A model generated the notes under the pieces. That model saw nothing but the letters and a program-made list of their open reading frames with translations, did no database searches and was not told where the DNA came from. Position numbers and translations under genes: made by a program. A stretch of 63,682 bases of DNA, the filler included, from Octopus bimaculoides (taxonomy: Eukaryota), in NCBI RefSeq assembly GCF_001194135.2. It is 5 parts of 5 records of this genome, joined end to end, with 100 filler letters (N's around TTAATTAATTAA, not from the genome) between each part and the next. Parts side by side here need not be neighbours in the genome. Positions count along the whole stretch, not along the records: positions 23,791 to 51,630 come from NC_068981.1; 4 more parts are not named here. The stretch is one strand, 5' to 3'. Below are positions 25,469 to 38,832 of the stretch, piece after piece; the first letter of the stretch is position 1; every line of letters starts with the position of its first letter.

Positions 25469-25624
25469 TTCATATGTTTTATATGTTTGTGTGTATTTTA
25501 TGTAACATATGATTATGATATTTATATTAATTTCCGTAATTTCATGATAATATATTATGTTCAGCATACAGTGTATATACTTCCAATATCATCGAAAGAA
25601 ATCAAAATCAAACTAAATTCGACG

Positions 25625-25875
25625 ATTAGCACCCATGCCAACATCGTCTCCTTCATTGGACACTAAACTCGGCTTGCGAAGACCTGTTGGGGCAAGCGAA
25701 AGCGAAAAAGTGAAATCGTGATGGCACCTGTGCCCAGAGTCGCCTTCCTGGCACGTGTAAAGACATTCGAGCGAGATCATTACCAGTGCCGCTGGACTGG
25801 CTCCTGTGCAGGTGGTACGTAAAATACACCATNNNNNNNNNNAGCGGACATTAAATGATGATCATCATCATCATC
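25625..25875 (+). mobile_element. Family C internal fragment
   Basis: ttcattggacactaaactcggcttgcgaagacctgttggggcaagcgaaa..; reverse-complement similarity to 39650-39890. Confidence 0.7.
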
Positions 25876-25902
25876 ATATGTGTGTACAATACACAAACAC
25901 AA

Positions 25903-25940
<38 letters not shown>

Positions 25941-26297
25941 TTATTTATTTATTTATTTATTTATAAAAAATACAAAAACGGGACAAGAACGCAAAACATC
26001 CAGACAGGTGATACAAAAAAGGGACAACAAAACATCCAGGCAGGCGATACAAAGAAAACAAGGATGGGTCATTCGGAGTTTTCTTTCCTCAGTCAAGTTC
26101 CAGATTATCTTTTCAATTTCGGGTATCCTGTCAAATGAAAAGGCTGGTGATTTCTTACTACATAATGCGTGAATTATGAATAAATTACCATACTATTGAA
26201 ACATATGTTGCAGATATTGAACAATTTATTGTCCTTTCATCCTCTTTTATTATATGTATTTGTGCTTGTGTGTATGTGCATATACATGTGTGTATGC

Positions 26298-26336
<39 letters not shown>

Positions 26337-26350
26337 CATGTATGTATGTA

Positions 26351-26953
26351 TACCGTAAAAACTCATGTAATTTACACATTTTTTTTTTGCAAAAACCAAA
26401 ATAAACCTTAGTGGTGTGTAAATTACATGAGTAGATCGTTTCCAGAATTTTTTTAGAAATTATTTTCTTAAAAATGACGTACAAATGTAAACATTCATTC
26501 CAGAAGTTGACTCATTTGAAGTCAGAATAAGTTTTTACAGAAAAGATATAATGAAGCTGACTTTTATTTATGCTGGATGGTATAACGCTTACTTTTTCTG
26601 TCTAAATTTACTAAAACCATCAAATAGTTAACTACTTTTTATCAGCTTTGTTTTTGTTGATAAGAATCATCAACAACTTTTCCTGTGATCATGATTTGAG
26701 AAGACAAACAGAAGTATGCTAAAAATCAGAAATTACTTTTATTTAATGAAAATTTGATAAAATCTAATCATAAGTAAGTAAAATTATGCTAAATACAACT
26801 AAATTGGAAACATTTTTCCCCTGGCCATATCAGCAATTCTGAAAACTTTTGGGTGTGAATTTTACATGTGTAGAAGCTTTTTTAACAATTTTTATCTTGA
26901 AAATCACCTGCATAAATTACACAGGTGTGCAAATTACATGTGTTTTTTCAGTA
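26351..26953. mobile_element. About 600-bp non-autonomous Tc1/mariner-superfamily-like element
   Basis: Imperfect terminal inverted repeats taccgtaaaaactcatgtaatttacaca / tgtgcaaattacatgtgttttttcagta, TA at both ends, no ORF. Confidence 0.75.
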
Positions 26954-26984
<31 letters not shown>

Positions 26985-27419
26985 ATCATCATCATCATAA
27001 TCATGTTAATGTCAACTTTTGCATGCTTGTTTGAGTCGAATGGAATTTGTTGAGGCAAGTTTTCTGCAACTGGATGCAGTTTCAGTTGCCAAGCCACATC
27101 TGTAATGTTTCCACTTGGCCAAATATGTTTTCATTGCAAATGAACAACACAGCTTTGATGATGACACTGTCTTACAAGCATCTCACACTGTCAAGACAAA
27201 GAGATAGAAACTCACACACACACACAGACATGGGATAATGGGTAATCTTCCTAAGAAACTGTTTCCATTTGTTTGTTTTTTTTCCATGTTGCTGGCACTA
27301 TCTGTCTGGGGATAATACTGACAGAAAGAAGTGTCAGGAAAGGTATTTGGAATCAGATCATACACAGCCAGCACACATATTGCAATGTTTTACATGTTTA
27401 CATTTTTATCGCCTTCAAA

Positions 27420-28000
27420 GTATTCTTCATTGAAAGCAATGCATCAGTCCAGGCACATTTTCTACTGTTCAAAGTAGTGCCGGAACTCTTACAAAGTGAT
27501 GCCTTTTAATGCCTATGTCAAATTTTTTCTTCGAGTTCCAGGACACACTAGTCATATCAATAAGTTTGTCAATTGTTCAGTGACAGTTCTCCAAGATCAA
27601 TCAGTTCATGAATTTTCATAATGTTTTCAATCATTCGCGAGGTCGACCATCACCCTAAATGAGGTTGGTCTTCAAATGACAAGTGATCATTCTTAAAGCA
27701 TGGAAACCACTCGCAAACTTGTGTTCTGCTTATAACAGGGTCTTTGTAAGCTGTTTGAAGCATGACAACTGTTTTGGCCACTGTTTTCCCCAGAAAAAGA
27801 CAGAATTTCATAAAAGCATGCTGTTCTTTCATTTCAACCATCACAAAAATCAGCAAACAGGGGAGAAGCACTGTCAAACAAAGATGCACCACATGGCAGT
27901 GCAACCTCACTGAACGATGCTGTCCAGCAGACTGCCTGAGGGTCGCATGCAGTGACTTCTAGCGGTGGAAGCCTGAACCATAATGGGCTTGTCCCACAGA
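27420..28000 (-). mobile_element. Mariner transposase 5' fossil (N-terminal HTH)
   Basis: MVEMKEQHAFMKFCLFLGKTVAKTVVMLQTAYKDPVISRTQVCEWFPCFKNDHLSFEDQPHLG matches the mariner pattern EQR..IKFC..LGKT..ET..ML..AY....SR..V.EWF..FK.G..S.ED..R.GRPS; stops and frameshifts follow. Confidence 0.88.
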
Positions 28001-28984
28001 AAATGTTCCCAGTTACTTTTGGGTACCTCCTTGTATAACTGGTCAGAATGTTATTGACAGTCTCATGTCAACTGTTGTACTTGACAATATTAACAACTCC
28101 TCAGACATACTGGCCAAAAGTTCAGAAGTAAATATATACCGTCCCTCGTTTGATTGACCACCATGTCTGTAAAGTTGTCAATATTGCCAGTGTACATAAC
28201 CAGCATTATACTATTCAGACAATATAAAAATATAACCATTCTATTTTCTTTAGTTTTTGGACACAACAGAACATTCTATTTTCGTTTTAGAGCATGCTTT
28301 TTTTTTCCTGACTTATGGGCAACTAATTGATAACATACATATGTATGTGTGTGTGTGTGTGTGTGTGTGTACAAATATATATGTATGCACACTCAGAAAT
28401 ACACATGCATACACTAACTTAGATACTTTCCATTATTTTATTCTCCTTTAACAAAATATAGAACCTTGTTTATTTTGCCTTTATTTCCAACATTTTAGTT
28501 TTCATTTTCTCTCTGCTTTATTATCATTATTATTTGCTTTGTAATGTTGCCCCCTACTCCACTGTTATATTTCTTTCTGCTTTTCTACACACTTTTTATT
28601 GTTCTCTCTTTTTCCTGAACATTTTTCTACCACCTCCACTTCATTCTCCCGTTATTTTGACTTTTCCTTTACAGTTGTGCATTGTTTGTCTTTTTCTTTT
28701 CTTTTCTTGTTTCTTTTCTTACCATCTATGTAATCTTATATATCTTTTTGTCTTTGTGTTTTTCTAATCTCTGCTATCTTCATATGAATTACCATCTAGT
28801 TTATTTACCAACTGTTTATTTAAGTAAATGTTTATCACAACACTTGAATGTTTGAATGACTTACTCTTCCACAAATTACCTTTCCTCCTACAATTTCATG
28901 CCCTAGCATATTTTTAAGATCACTTTCTGGTTACATCCTAAAGACAAATGAAAGCAAATAGGTTTCAATGAAAATGTTATAGTT

Positions 28985-29498
28985 TCAGCAGAATTCTGGT
29001 TTAAGCACCCCATATAACCCCTTATAACTTTTTTACTTTTTTGAATTCTCTGAAAATTTCTGTGAAATTCATTCAATTATGAAAAAACGAACATTTTTTT
29101 GTTTGTGATTTAAGGGTGAGTTCGCTGTTGTTTCTAACTCATCTCACAGCCACCTGATACCTTCCCTATTTCTTTGTCACTCTGACATATATAGATATTT
29201 TTCGATATTTTTCTCCNNNNNNNNNNNNNNNNNNNNNNNNNNNNNNNNNNNNNNNNNNNNNNNNNNNNNNNNNNNNNNNNNNNNNNNNNNNNNNNNNNNN
29301 NNNNNNNNNNNNNNNNNNNNNNNNNNNNNNNNNNNNNNNNNNNNNNNNNNNNNNNNNNNNNNNNNNNNNNNNNNNNNNNNNNNNNNNNNNNNNNNNNNNN
29401 NNNNNNNNNNNNNNNNNNNNNNNNNNNNNNNNNNNNNNNNNNNNNNNNNNNNNNNNNNNNNNNNNNNNNNNNNNNNNNNNNNNNNNNNNNNNNNNNNN

Positions 29499-29540
<42 letters not shown>

Positions 29541-30055
29541 TATCAATGCTGGTGCCATGGAAAAGACACCTGCACCCTCCATAAAGCGATTAGTATGAGG
29601 AAGATGTCCAGCCATAGAAACCATTCCAGAATAGACAGTAGGGCTTAAACTTAAAGCCTAATAATAGGGTACTTTAATATATAAGTTCATAAGGCCTTTC
29701 CTAAGCATATGTCTATACTAGTGTGTGTGTGTGTCTGTGTTTGTCCCCCATATCACTTGATAACCGATGTTGGTGTGTTTACATCCCTGTAACTTAGCGA
29801 TTCAGCAAAAGTGACTGATAGAATAAGTACTAGGCTTACAAAGAATAAGTCCTGGGGGTGATTTGTTTGGCTAAAGGCAGTGCTCCAGCATGGCTGGAGT
29901 CAAATGACTGAAATAAGTAAAAGAATTTTTTAAAATATGACTTCCCATGTGTAGAACATACAGTCACAAAAGTTTTCTGAAAATTCAAAAAAATGAAAAA
30001 GTTATGAGGGGGTTATATGGTGCGCTTGAACCAGAATTCTGACATAGTTTCTACA
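28985..30055. repeat. About 80-bp inverted repeats (28985-29060 / 29975-30055) enclosing about 0.9 kb
   Basis: cagaattctggtttaagcaccccatataaccccttataactttt vs aaagttatgagggggttatatggtgcgcttgaaccagaattctg. Confidence 0.75.
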
Positions 30056-30352
30056 TTCTATATAAACCAGTATACACATGTTGTTTAATCATTTTATTTT
30101 TCCATATATGTTCATTACTGTTTTGCTATTTTACTTCTTTCGTGATTTGTATTTTACGTTTGGGTCCTTAACTTTAAAATTAGGTGCTGGTGCCATGGAA
30201 AAGATACCAGGCACCCTCCATAAAACAATTAGCATGTGAAAGGATGTCCAGCCATAGAAACCATTCCAGAGCAGAAAGTAGGACTTAAACTTAAAACCTA
30301 ATAATGAGGTACCTTAATATATAAGAGAAAGTTCATAAGGCCTTTCCTAAGC
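29546..30352 (+). repeat. Local direct duplication of about 160 bp (29546-29706 and 30184-30352)
   Basis: Both read ggtgccatggaaaaga..ccctccataaa..gatgtccagccatagaaaccattccaga..cttaaacttaaa.cctaataat..gttcataaggcctttcctaagc. Confidence 0.85.
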
Positions 30353-30699
30353 TTATTATTAAGGTGGTCGTGATAAAACCATTCCATAATGAATGTATAA
30401 ACAAATTCCATTATCATCTGAGTAAGAGTACATAGTATATATTAAATCAAAACAAGGGTTCACCAACCTTGTCTCCAACTCTTTTTTGCTGCCTCTTATG
30501 GAATGCAGAGATACAGAGTACATATGGTGCATATTCTAAAATACATGGTAATGAATGTGGCCATATATGTGTGTGTTACACAAGGTTATTTTGTCATTTT
30601 CATGATGCAGCTATTTCAATTTCATATCATGTGACTTAATATGATCTCATATCCTGTCACATGCCAAACAATTTGAATTGAAGTTCCTGTTTTAGTTGT

Positions 30700-31100
30700 G
30701 TGGTAAGAAGTTTGCTTTGAAACCACATGGTTTTGGGTTCAATCTCACTGCATGGCATTTTAGGCAAGTGTCTTCTACTGTAGCTCTCAGTTAACCAAAG
30801 CCTTGTGAATTTATTTGATTGGCAGAAACTTAAAGAAGCTCATATAGTGTGTGTGTGTGTGTGTGTACATGTTACTGCCTCCTTGCCTTGACATTTTGAG
30901 ATAATTGTAAGCAAGTGTCACCATTGTGCAAGTAGTATCCTTCATTTCCAATCTTCTGAGATGTATCTGCCTGGGGAAATAGTATCTTACTTGGAAACAG
31001 GTGAGGGTTAGTGAGATCTGGATGTTGAACATCCACCTCATCAAGTTCTATCCAATCCATGCAACTATGGAAAAGTGAAAATTAAATAATGGTGATGATA
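30700..31100 (+). mobile_element. Old SINE with family-A head and RTE-type tail
   Basis: ggtaagaagtttgctt..gggttcaatctcactgcatggca..ggcaagtgtcttctac head; ends ccatgcaactatggaaaagtg..ttaaataatggtgatgat. A similar copy lies at 35040-35440. Confidence 0.7.
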
Positions 31101-31211
31101 GCAGTGATCAATATTCCTACCTGTGTTATCTTAAGGCAAAAGATGCATGACATCAAAAGAAAATGAAGTTTTGCTGCTTTGTTCATTTAAAACAAGCTTA
31201 TGTATTTAAGT

Positions 31212-31528
31212 AGGCTTGTAGCTTAGTGGTTTGGGTATTTGGCTCGTGATTATAAGGTCATAAGTTCAATTACTAGAAGTTCATTGTTTCCTTAAACAAG
31301 ATATTTCACATTGCTCCAATCTCCACAGTTAGCAAAAATCGGTTGTACCTGTATTTCAGAGAGTCAACCTTATCACATTTTGTGTCACTCTAAATCTCCT
31401 TGAGAACTATGTTATGGATACACGTGTCTGTGGAGTTCTCAGCTACTTGCACATTAGTTTTATGAACAGGCTGTTCCATTGATCGGATTAACTGGAATCC
31501 TCATTGCCATAACCAACGGAGTGCCAGA
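31212..31528 (+). mobile_element. tRNA-headed SINE family D, old copy
   Basis: ggcttgtagcttagtggtt..agttcaatt head; body matches 18110-18422 inverted. Confidence 0.8.
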
Positions 31529-32169
31529 AAGAAATTAAAGAAGACAGCCAGAGAGAATACCTGATAGTAAATGTTCTGAGTCAGTGTGCTCTGAGTTCAA
31601 CTTTTAGTTATTCATTCATATAAGTCAACTTAGCTATTCATTTTTCAGGGTTTGCAAAATAAATACCAATACAGGATGGTGAGCTGAAGGAACCATCAGA
31701 GCCTTAGATGAAATGCTTTGCAATATCTGCACAAGTTCTTTGTGTTCTGATAGTCTACCTACAAATTGACACTGGTGCCAAACTGCATCAGCCTTTAAGA
31801 AAAGTCTTTGGTTGCATAGAAATAGAGAGACTTGCATGCATGGCCAACTGTTAATCTTGCAGAACAAAAAAAGAACCTCTATCCAACTTGCACATATAGG
31901 TGTTGATAACATGATCAACTTATGACTGATGACAGTCCTTTGTTCTTTCAAGTAAGATTCACATAAGAATTCTTCCACTTAAACCAATGTGTGTCTCATA
32001 TCACTCCCACTCTGAGAGTCGCAAAAAGAAAGTCAGACAAACCTGGTGCCTTAATCTTTTATCTTTTCTTCTATTTGTTTCAGTCATTAGGCTGGGGCAC
32101 TGCCATGAAGATTTTTTAAAGTTGAATGGATTGATCCCCAATGCTTATTTTTTTTCTTTTAAGCCTGGT

Positions 32170-34355
32170 ACTTATTCTATCAGTATCTTTTGCCGAATTA
32201 CTAAGTTACAGGAATGTAAAGACACCAACATTGGTTGTCAAGTGGCAGTGGTGAGACAAACATAGACACAATCACACACACACATACACGTGCATATGTA
32301 TTTATGATGGGCTTCTTTCAGTTTTCGTTTACCAAATTCACTCACAAGGTTTTGGTCAGCCTGAGATTACAGTAGAAGAGACTTGCCTAAGATGCCACGC
32401 AATGGTTTAGTAATATACAATTACTAAACAAACATCTTATATTCTGTTATATCAATACTCTATTTTATAGCCTATATTTTGATTTTCTTTCTTCTAGCAG
32501 TAAAAGAGAAACAGTTTCTTCATATACTTTTTTTTTTAACCACTGAAAGAAATATATCTTTGGTTGGATTATATTTTGTCTTGTAAAATGTTGAAAACAA
32601 TTTTTTGTCGTCTTTTTTTCCTTATAATCATCGTTTCCCTCTCCATTTTCTATTGCATGACTGAAATATATACATAAAAAAACAAATTATTCTCTTTACA
32701 AGTTATCTAGTTTGGTTTGGTTTGGTGATAGAGCAGTATTGAAGATGACCTGAAAAAATTAATGTTAATTCAATATACATTTAATATTTCCAGCTTCAGG
32801 ATTAAAATTTATGCTATCAAAATAGTAATATTATTATGTAGTTGAACAGTATGCTATTACTACTACTATTAATAATAATAATAATGATGATTTCGAATTT
32901 TGGCACAAAGCCAGCAAATTTGGAGGAGAGGTTAAGTCGTTTAGATTGACATCAATGTTTAACTGGTGCTTATTTTATTGACCCTAAAAGTATGAAAGAC
33001 AAAGTCGACTTTAGTGGAATTTGAACTCAGAACATAAAGACAGACGAAATACTGCTAAGCATTTTACATTGCATGCTAATGAGTCTGACAGCTTGCCACG
33101 TTAGTAGTGGTGATGATGATGATGATGATGATGATGATAGTAATAGCAATAATAATAATAATAATAATGTAAGTGCAATTATCAGAAAACTATTGCTGTT
33201 GAATTCCTCTGCCTGAGACCTTGGTCTGTTCACAAGCATGAAATAGATATTCAGTCTAAATGCACTATACACTTTCACACCTCCTTTTATTGCAATGGCC
33301 TACTACAACACTGCAAGTAATATGTGGGTGCTAAGATATTATTTTCTATTCTAGGCACAAGGCCCCCAATTTTTTTTTGGGGGGGGGGCAGTCAATTAGA
33401 TCAATCCCAGTACGCAACTGGTGCTTAATTTATTGACCCCATGAGGATAAAAGGCAAAGCCGACCTTGGCGGAATTTGAACTCAGAACACAAAGACAGAC
33501 GAAATACCACTAAGCATTTCACCCAGCATGCTAACGGTTCTACCAGCTCGCTGCCTTGTGGATACTAAGATATTAGAACCATGTTTATTAGTAATTTTAT
33601 ACTCTGTAAAATGCCTTACCAGATTATGAGTTGCCACGAAGTGCTTATATGGCAATCATTTCATTTGCAAGAGGATTTTTAAATATAGAAAAGTATGAGG
33701 TGACAGGAATGTAAAGGCACCAACACTGGTTGTCAAGTGGCAGTGGCATGACAAACATAGACACAATTACACACACACACACACACACACGTATGTGTAT
33801 GTATCTTGGGCTTCTTTCAGTTTCCATCTACCAAATCCACTCACAAGGTTTTGGTCAGCCTGAGACTATAGTAGAAGAGACTTGCTTAAGATGCCACGCA
33901 GTGGTTTAGAAATGTATAATTACTAAACATCTTATTCTCTGTTATTCCAATATAAAATGGAAAAATAAATGGTAGAACATGTCTTGCACTTGTTTCAATC
34001 ATTAGACTGTAGCCAAGCTGAGGTACCACCTTGAAGAAATTTTAGTTAAATGAAGTACTTCTTTTTCTTTTTTTTTAACTCTGGTAGATATTCTGTTAGT
34101 CTCTTACACTGAACTGCTAAGTTATAAGAATGTAAAGACACCAACACCAGTTGTCAAGTGGTAGTGGGAAACAAAGATACACACACACACACACACACTC
34201 ACTCACACACACACACACGTGTGTGTGTGTGATAAGCTTTCAGTTTCCTTCAACCAAATCCACTTATAAAGGCTTTGGTCAGCCTGAGGCTATAGTAGCA
34301 GATACTTGCCCTAGGTGCCACACAGTGGAACTAAACCAAGAACCATGTGGTTGAG
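32170..34355 (-). mobile_element. Cluster of old minus-strand SINEs: family A at about 32170-32405, 33690-33905, 34010-34355; family B at about 32905-33100, 33355-33558
   Basis: Reverse complements of the A and B consensus with CpG decay. Confidence 0.8.
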
Positions 34356-35896
34356 AAGCAAGTTTATATTTTGTTACATTTCTTTTTTATGTGTGAGTGA
34401 ATTTGCTAGAAGAAAATTATACAAAATCCTGTCGTGCATGTATGTGTGCATATGTTTGTGTGTACGTGAATGTTTGCATTCTGCTCTAAGCAACAATTAG
34501 GGATATTTGTTCACAAATTTTTGCTAGTTTTGTGCTTTCAAAGATAAGTAGAATAAAAAATCCCTTATCTGAGAAACAGGTAAAAGTTAGCTTGGGAAAG
34601 GGCATCTGACAGTAAAAGATGCCTCAATATTGTGTGTTCATCTAACCCATGCTAGCATGGAAAAAGAGATGTAAATGCATGAACAGATATATAGTGAAGC
34701 AAACCCAGGATTTGCCCATCAGATGAATTACTGTGGGATTGCTCACTATAAGTAATCCTAGGTGCTTCTTACTACTCAATGCAGTTAACCTTAACCTGTG
34801 CTATATATGAGTGTTCATACAGTATGTGCCTAGATAATTCATCCCTATATACTCAGATAGACAGACAGACAGACACACACACACACATAAAGTAGCATGT
34901 AAGTATTATCTATAACTTTATCTGCTTCAGGCTTCACCATTCCTAAAAATAATTATTTTATGTCTTGAACTTTCTAAATTCTTTTGATGTCAGTGATATA
35001 TATATATATATATACAGAGAGAGAGATGCAGATATAGATGTGTGGTTAAGGGGTTTGCTTCAAAAGTACATGGCTAAGTGTCCAATCCTAACTGCCTGAA
35101 CATTGTCAGTGAACATTTTGTACTACAGCTATTTGTCAACCAATAACTTGTGAGTGAAAGTGGTTGACAGAAACCGAAGAAGCTTGTATGTGCAAGTGTG
35201 TGCATGCATGCATGTATGTGAGTCTCTTTGTATCAATGTACTTAGTTTCTGTAAACAAAAACAACGTCCTTGCTTACAGTCAACTTCAAAAGCACACCCA
35301 GGTTTCTTGATGTGTCAGGCAAGGGTTGGTGACAGGAAGTGCATCCAGCTATAGAAGTCTGCCTCGATGAATTCTGTGTTGCCCATGCAAGCATGAAAAA
35401 CAGAAAAGGACATTAAAACAATGATGAGGAAGAGGATGATTACACATATGAACATTTTGTACACAGTTTCTATGAACCAAGTTACATTCACCAAGCTTTA
35501 CTTGACTCAAATTAAATAAATAATTAAATAAATTTAACTAACATAACCTAACATAGCATATGTCACATCCGTGAAACAAAAGGGTTCAGTTTCTAATGTT
35601 ATATAATTAAGGAAATTCTGTATTTTCCTCATAAATCTTCAGTTTCAGAGATCTTATATTCGACCTTCATAATTCTGTGTCATTCCCTCAAAAAGTTGCA
35701 AGACAAAAACAGAAATTGTGATTACCATCATTTGCCATGTCTTGAATAAACTGAAACGACTACTGAAATCTTTATGATTATATCTACCCTTGGAAAATAT
35801 TTTGTTCTTCCTAATGTTCCTTTAATTCTTATAAATTCACTCATGTTACCTTCACTACTGTTATTTATTGTTACTTCTGTTTCTTTTATTTTCTAG

Positions 35897-36307
35897 CACC
35901 AAGTGGTCCACCAAGAAGTCTAGTTGGACGTCCTCTAAGTAACTCCTCTGTTTTAATCAACTGGCTACCTCCTTCACAGGTTCACTGGAATGGCCCATTG
36001 ACTGGTTATGTAATTCGTTACAAACCACAGAGTTATAATGATAAATTTGCCCAGCAAGAGGAAGCCGGTGTCAAAAACCAAATGAAAGTCATAACAGGCC
36101 TGGTAACATTTACACACTATGAAATCAAGATAGCTGCTCGCAATGCCAAAGGAGTTGGTGTCTTCAGTAATCCTATAACTGTTCTAACAGAGGAAGGTAG
36201 TCCCACAGCACCTCCAACCAATGTCTCTGCTCTAGCTATTAATTCCACTGTTATTGAAGTAAAATGGAAGCCACCTCTTTCATCTCAAATTTTTGGATTA
36301 CTCTTAG
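35897..36307 (+). CDS. sdk: Internal exon of a Sidekick-like Ig/FN3 cell-adhesion receptor: one full FN3 domain plus the first third of the next
   Basis: Pyrimidine tract and acceptor (ttttctAG 35895-6), donor G|GTATTT at 36308; 411 nt, phase 1-1. Reads (A)PSGPPRSLVGRPLSNSSVLINWLPP..WNGPLTGYVIRY..YEIKIAARNAKGVGVFS..TEEGSPTAPPTNVSALAINSTVIEVKWKPP..LLG, which is collinear with Sidekick FN2-FN3 as I recall it (PSAPP..YEIQVAAYNGAGLGVFS..QGVPTAPPQNV..NSTTI..W.PP). Orthology not tested. Confidence 0.88.
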
Positions 36308-36924
36308 GTATTTCTGTTTTCTTTTTTCTTCTTTTCTTCATTTATTTTCTTGTGCCTTATAGCAAAAATATTTGGAAAATAATATACATTTCGTTTTTCT
36401 TGTAATTTACTTTGTATTTAATTTTTTTAGCATTTCTGTAATTTTTGCAATAATTGTAACACCCATAACCCAGTTGTTAGTCTTTTAATAAGATAATTAA
36501 ATTAATACTTTGTTTATGCAGGATACATGTAGAGTTTAAGTATGTTAGCATGGAATTTGACTCTATACTTGACACTTCCTATCAACATCATCAATTTGTA
36601 ATTACAGTAACCTTATCTTTTCATTGTTCTAAAACTGACATGATGTCTACCAAGTTAATAAACTTAGAAAGAGGCTAATTAAAACTGCTACTTCCTACAT
36701 TTAGATAGAATTCAACAAAAAGAACTTAATAGTTTCAGTTGAAATCTTTAGAGATGGCCAAGATAGTAGAGCTTAAAACTTAATACATATTGCATTAAAA
36801 ACCATAGTTAAGTTACTGTGAATATATTTAATGCTTAAAAACAAAAAGCAAATTAGAAATGATTATACAATGAAGCAAAGACAATATTAGTTGATGACTA
36901 ATATCATTATCAGAAGATAAGGCA

Positions 36925-37325
36925 GTGAGCTGATGGAATCGCTTACACACCAGGTGAAATGCTTGACAGCATTTTGTCTGTCTTTACATTCTGAGTTCAA
37001 ATTCTGACAAGGTTAACTTTGCCTTTCATCTTTTTGAGGTTGATAAAATAAGCACCTATTGAGCATTGAAGTCAGTGTAATTAACTTACCGCTTCCCTTG
37101 AAATTATGCCAAAATTTTAAACCAATATTACTCTTTACTCTTTTACTTGTTTCAGTCATTTGACTGTGGCCATGCTGGAGCACCACCTTTAGTCAAGCAA
37201 ATTGACCCCAAGACTTATTCTTTGTAAGCCTAGTACTTATTCTATCGGTCTCTTTTTGCCGAACCGCTAAGTTACGGGGACGTAAACACACCAGCATCGA
37301 TTGTCAAGCGATGGTGGGGGGACAA

Positions 37326-37360
<35 letters not shown>

Positions 37361-37735
37361 CAACGGGCTTCTTTCAGTTTCCGTCTACCAAATCCACTCA
37401 CAAGGCTTTGGTCGGCCCGAGGCTATAGTAGAAGACACTTGCCCAAAGTGCCACGCAGTGGGACTGAACCCGGAACCATGTGGTTGGTAAGCAAGCTACT
37501 TACCACACAGCCACTCCTGCGCCTTATTATAAGATAAAATTTTGCCTGCAGTGAGCTGGCAGAATCATTAGCATGCTAAATTGTCAGTGGCTCTACATTG
37601 TGTTCAAATTCTGCCAAGGTCAACTTTACCCTCTATCCTTTCATAGTTGATAAAATAAGTACTAGTTGGGCACTGGGACCAATGTAATTAAATAGATCCA
37701 CCCATCCAAATTTCAGGCTTTGTGCTTATAGTAGA
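36925..37735. mobile_element. SINE sandwich: B(+) 36925-37125, full-length young A(-) 37128-37524, B(+) 37545-37735
   Basis: The A copy is a near-perfect reverse complement of the 21535/45081 copies; the B copies have the gagctg..gcagaatc..gttcaaattc..cctttcatc..gataaaataag pattern. Confidence 0.88.
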
Positions 37736-38558
37736 AGAAATATCATCATCATCATTTATTATTATTATTATAAGTAGTCCAGCAAATATAGGACACAAGA
37801 CCAGACATGTTTTTGATCTCATTAGCCCTCTTCAGCAAAGCATAAATTTCTCTGTACTGGCTGAAGTAGTGATGTGAAAATCACTGACTAAATGTCCAGT
37901 ATTATACACAAAATGGCAGAGAAAATTAGCATATTTATCAAATAAATGACTCACATAAATTACTCATGGACATCATCATCCTGAAAAATGAACATCTCAA
38001 CTATGGTTTGTAAATCTTTCTAGGTTCAATTTCTAAATAGTTATTAAATTAATACTTGTTATACATTAGGAGCTTTTCAGCTGACTATTCCTCTTTGTTA
38101 CAAAAATTGCTTTTGTGCCTAGAGTAGTGGTTCTCAAGTTTATTTTATCACTCTTTTCATCCACTTTCCCATACTACCATAGTTTAGACAAATGTATATT
38201 GATGAGGCATTGCTTTGCAACCTAATGGCATGCATGTTGCAAAGGCTTATTTGTTTTTTTAAGTTAGGGATTTCTTATTCTACTTGTCTTTAAAGAAACA
38301 AAACCATGAGACAATTTGTTGACAAGGAAAACAGTAAGGACCTCACTTCATGTAGCACAATGATTTTTGGAAAAGTATAAATGTAAACATGCCTGCATCC
38401 ACTCCCACCCATGTATGTATGCATATATATGTGTGTGTGTGTGTGTATACATATATAAACATACACACACGCAGATATATATATAATTAATAAAAAAAAA
38501 GGAAAATAACACAAGAAAAAACAACAACGCAAGGACGTGGTACATGCAAAGTATTTAT

Positions 38559-38595
<37 letters not shown>

Positions 38596-38599
<4 letters not shown>

Positions 38600-38793
38600 A
38601 GGCAAATAAGAAAATGAAGAAAGTATAAAATTGACAAACATCTGCCAGTAAACATACCATTATATCTATTTATCAAATGATAACAAACATGTGTTTAAGT
38701 GGTACAAGGAAACAAATGAGATTATTTGTTTACTTGTACCACTTAAACACATGTTTGTTATCATTTGATGAATACGTAAACAGATATATATAT

Positions 38794-38832
<39 letters not shown>

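Noticed and set aside
18355-31270. tRNA genes at tRNA-like heads (18355-18422, 19585-19645, 31212-31270)
   Set aside because: No complete cloverleaf, and each continues into a SINE body.
31863-31951. Exon candidate with good AG and GTAAGA sites
   Set aside because: Stops occur in all three frames.
36170-36215. Mini-intron between FN3 domains at GAAG|GTAGTC..CACAG
   Set aside because: It would be only 12 nt, and the sequence encodes the conserved EG-x-PTAPP linker.
36308-36405. Hydrophobic ISVFFFLLFFIYFLVP tail as a transmembrane helix of a short receptor
   Set aside because: It is read-through into T-rich intron after the GT at 36308; the FN3 domain resumes in frame at 45814. Intron retention cannot be excluded without RNA data.
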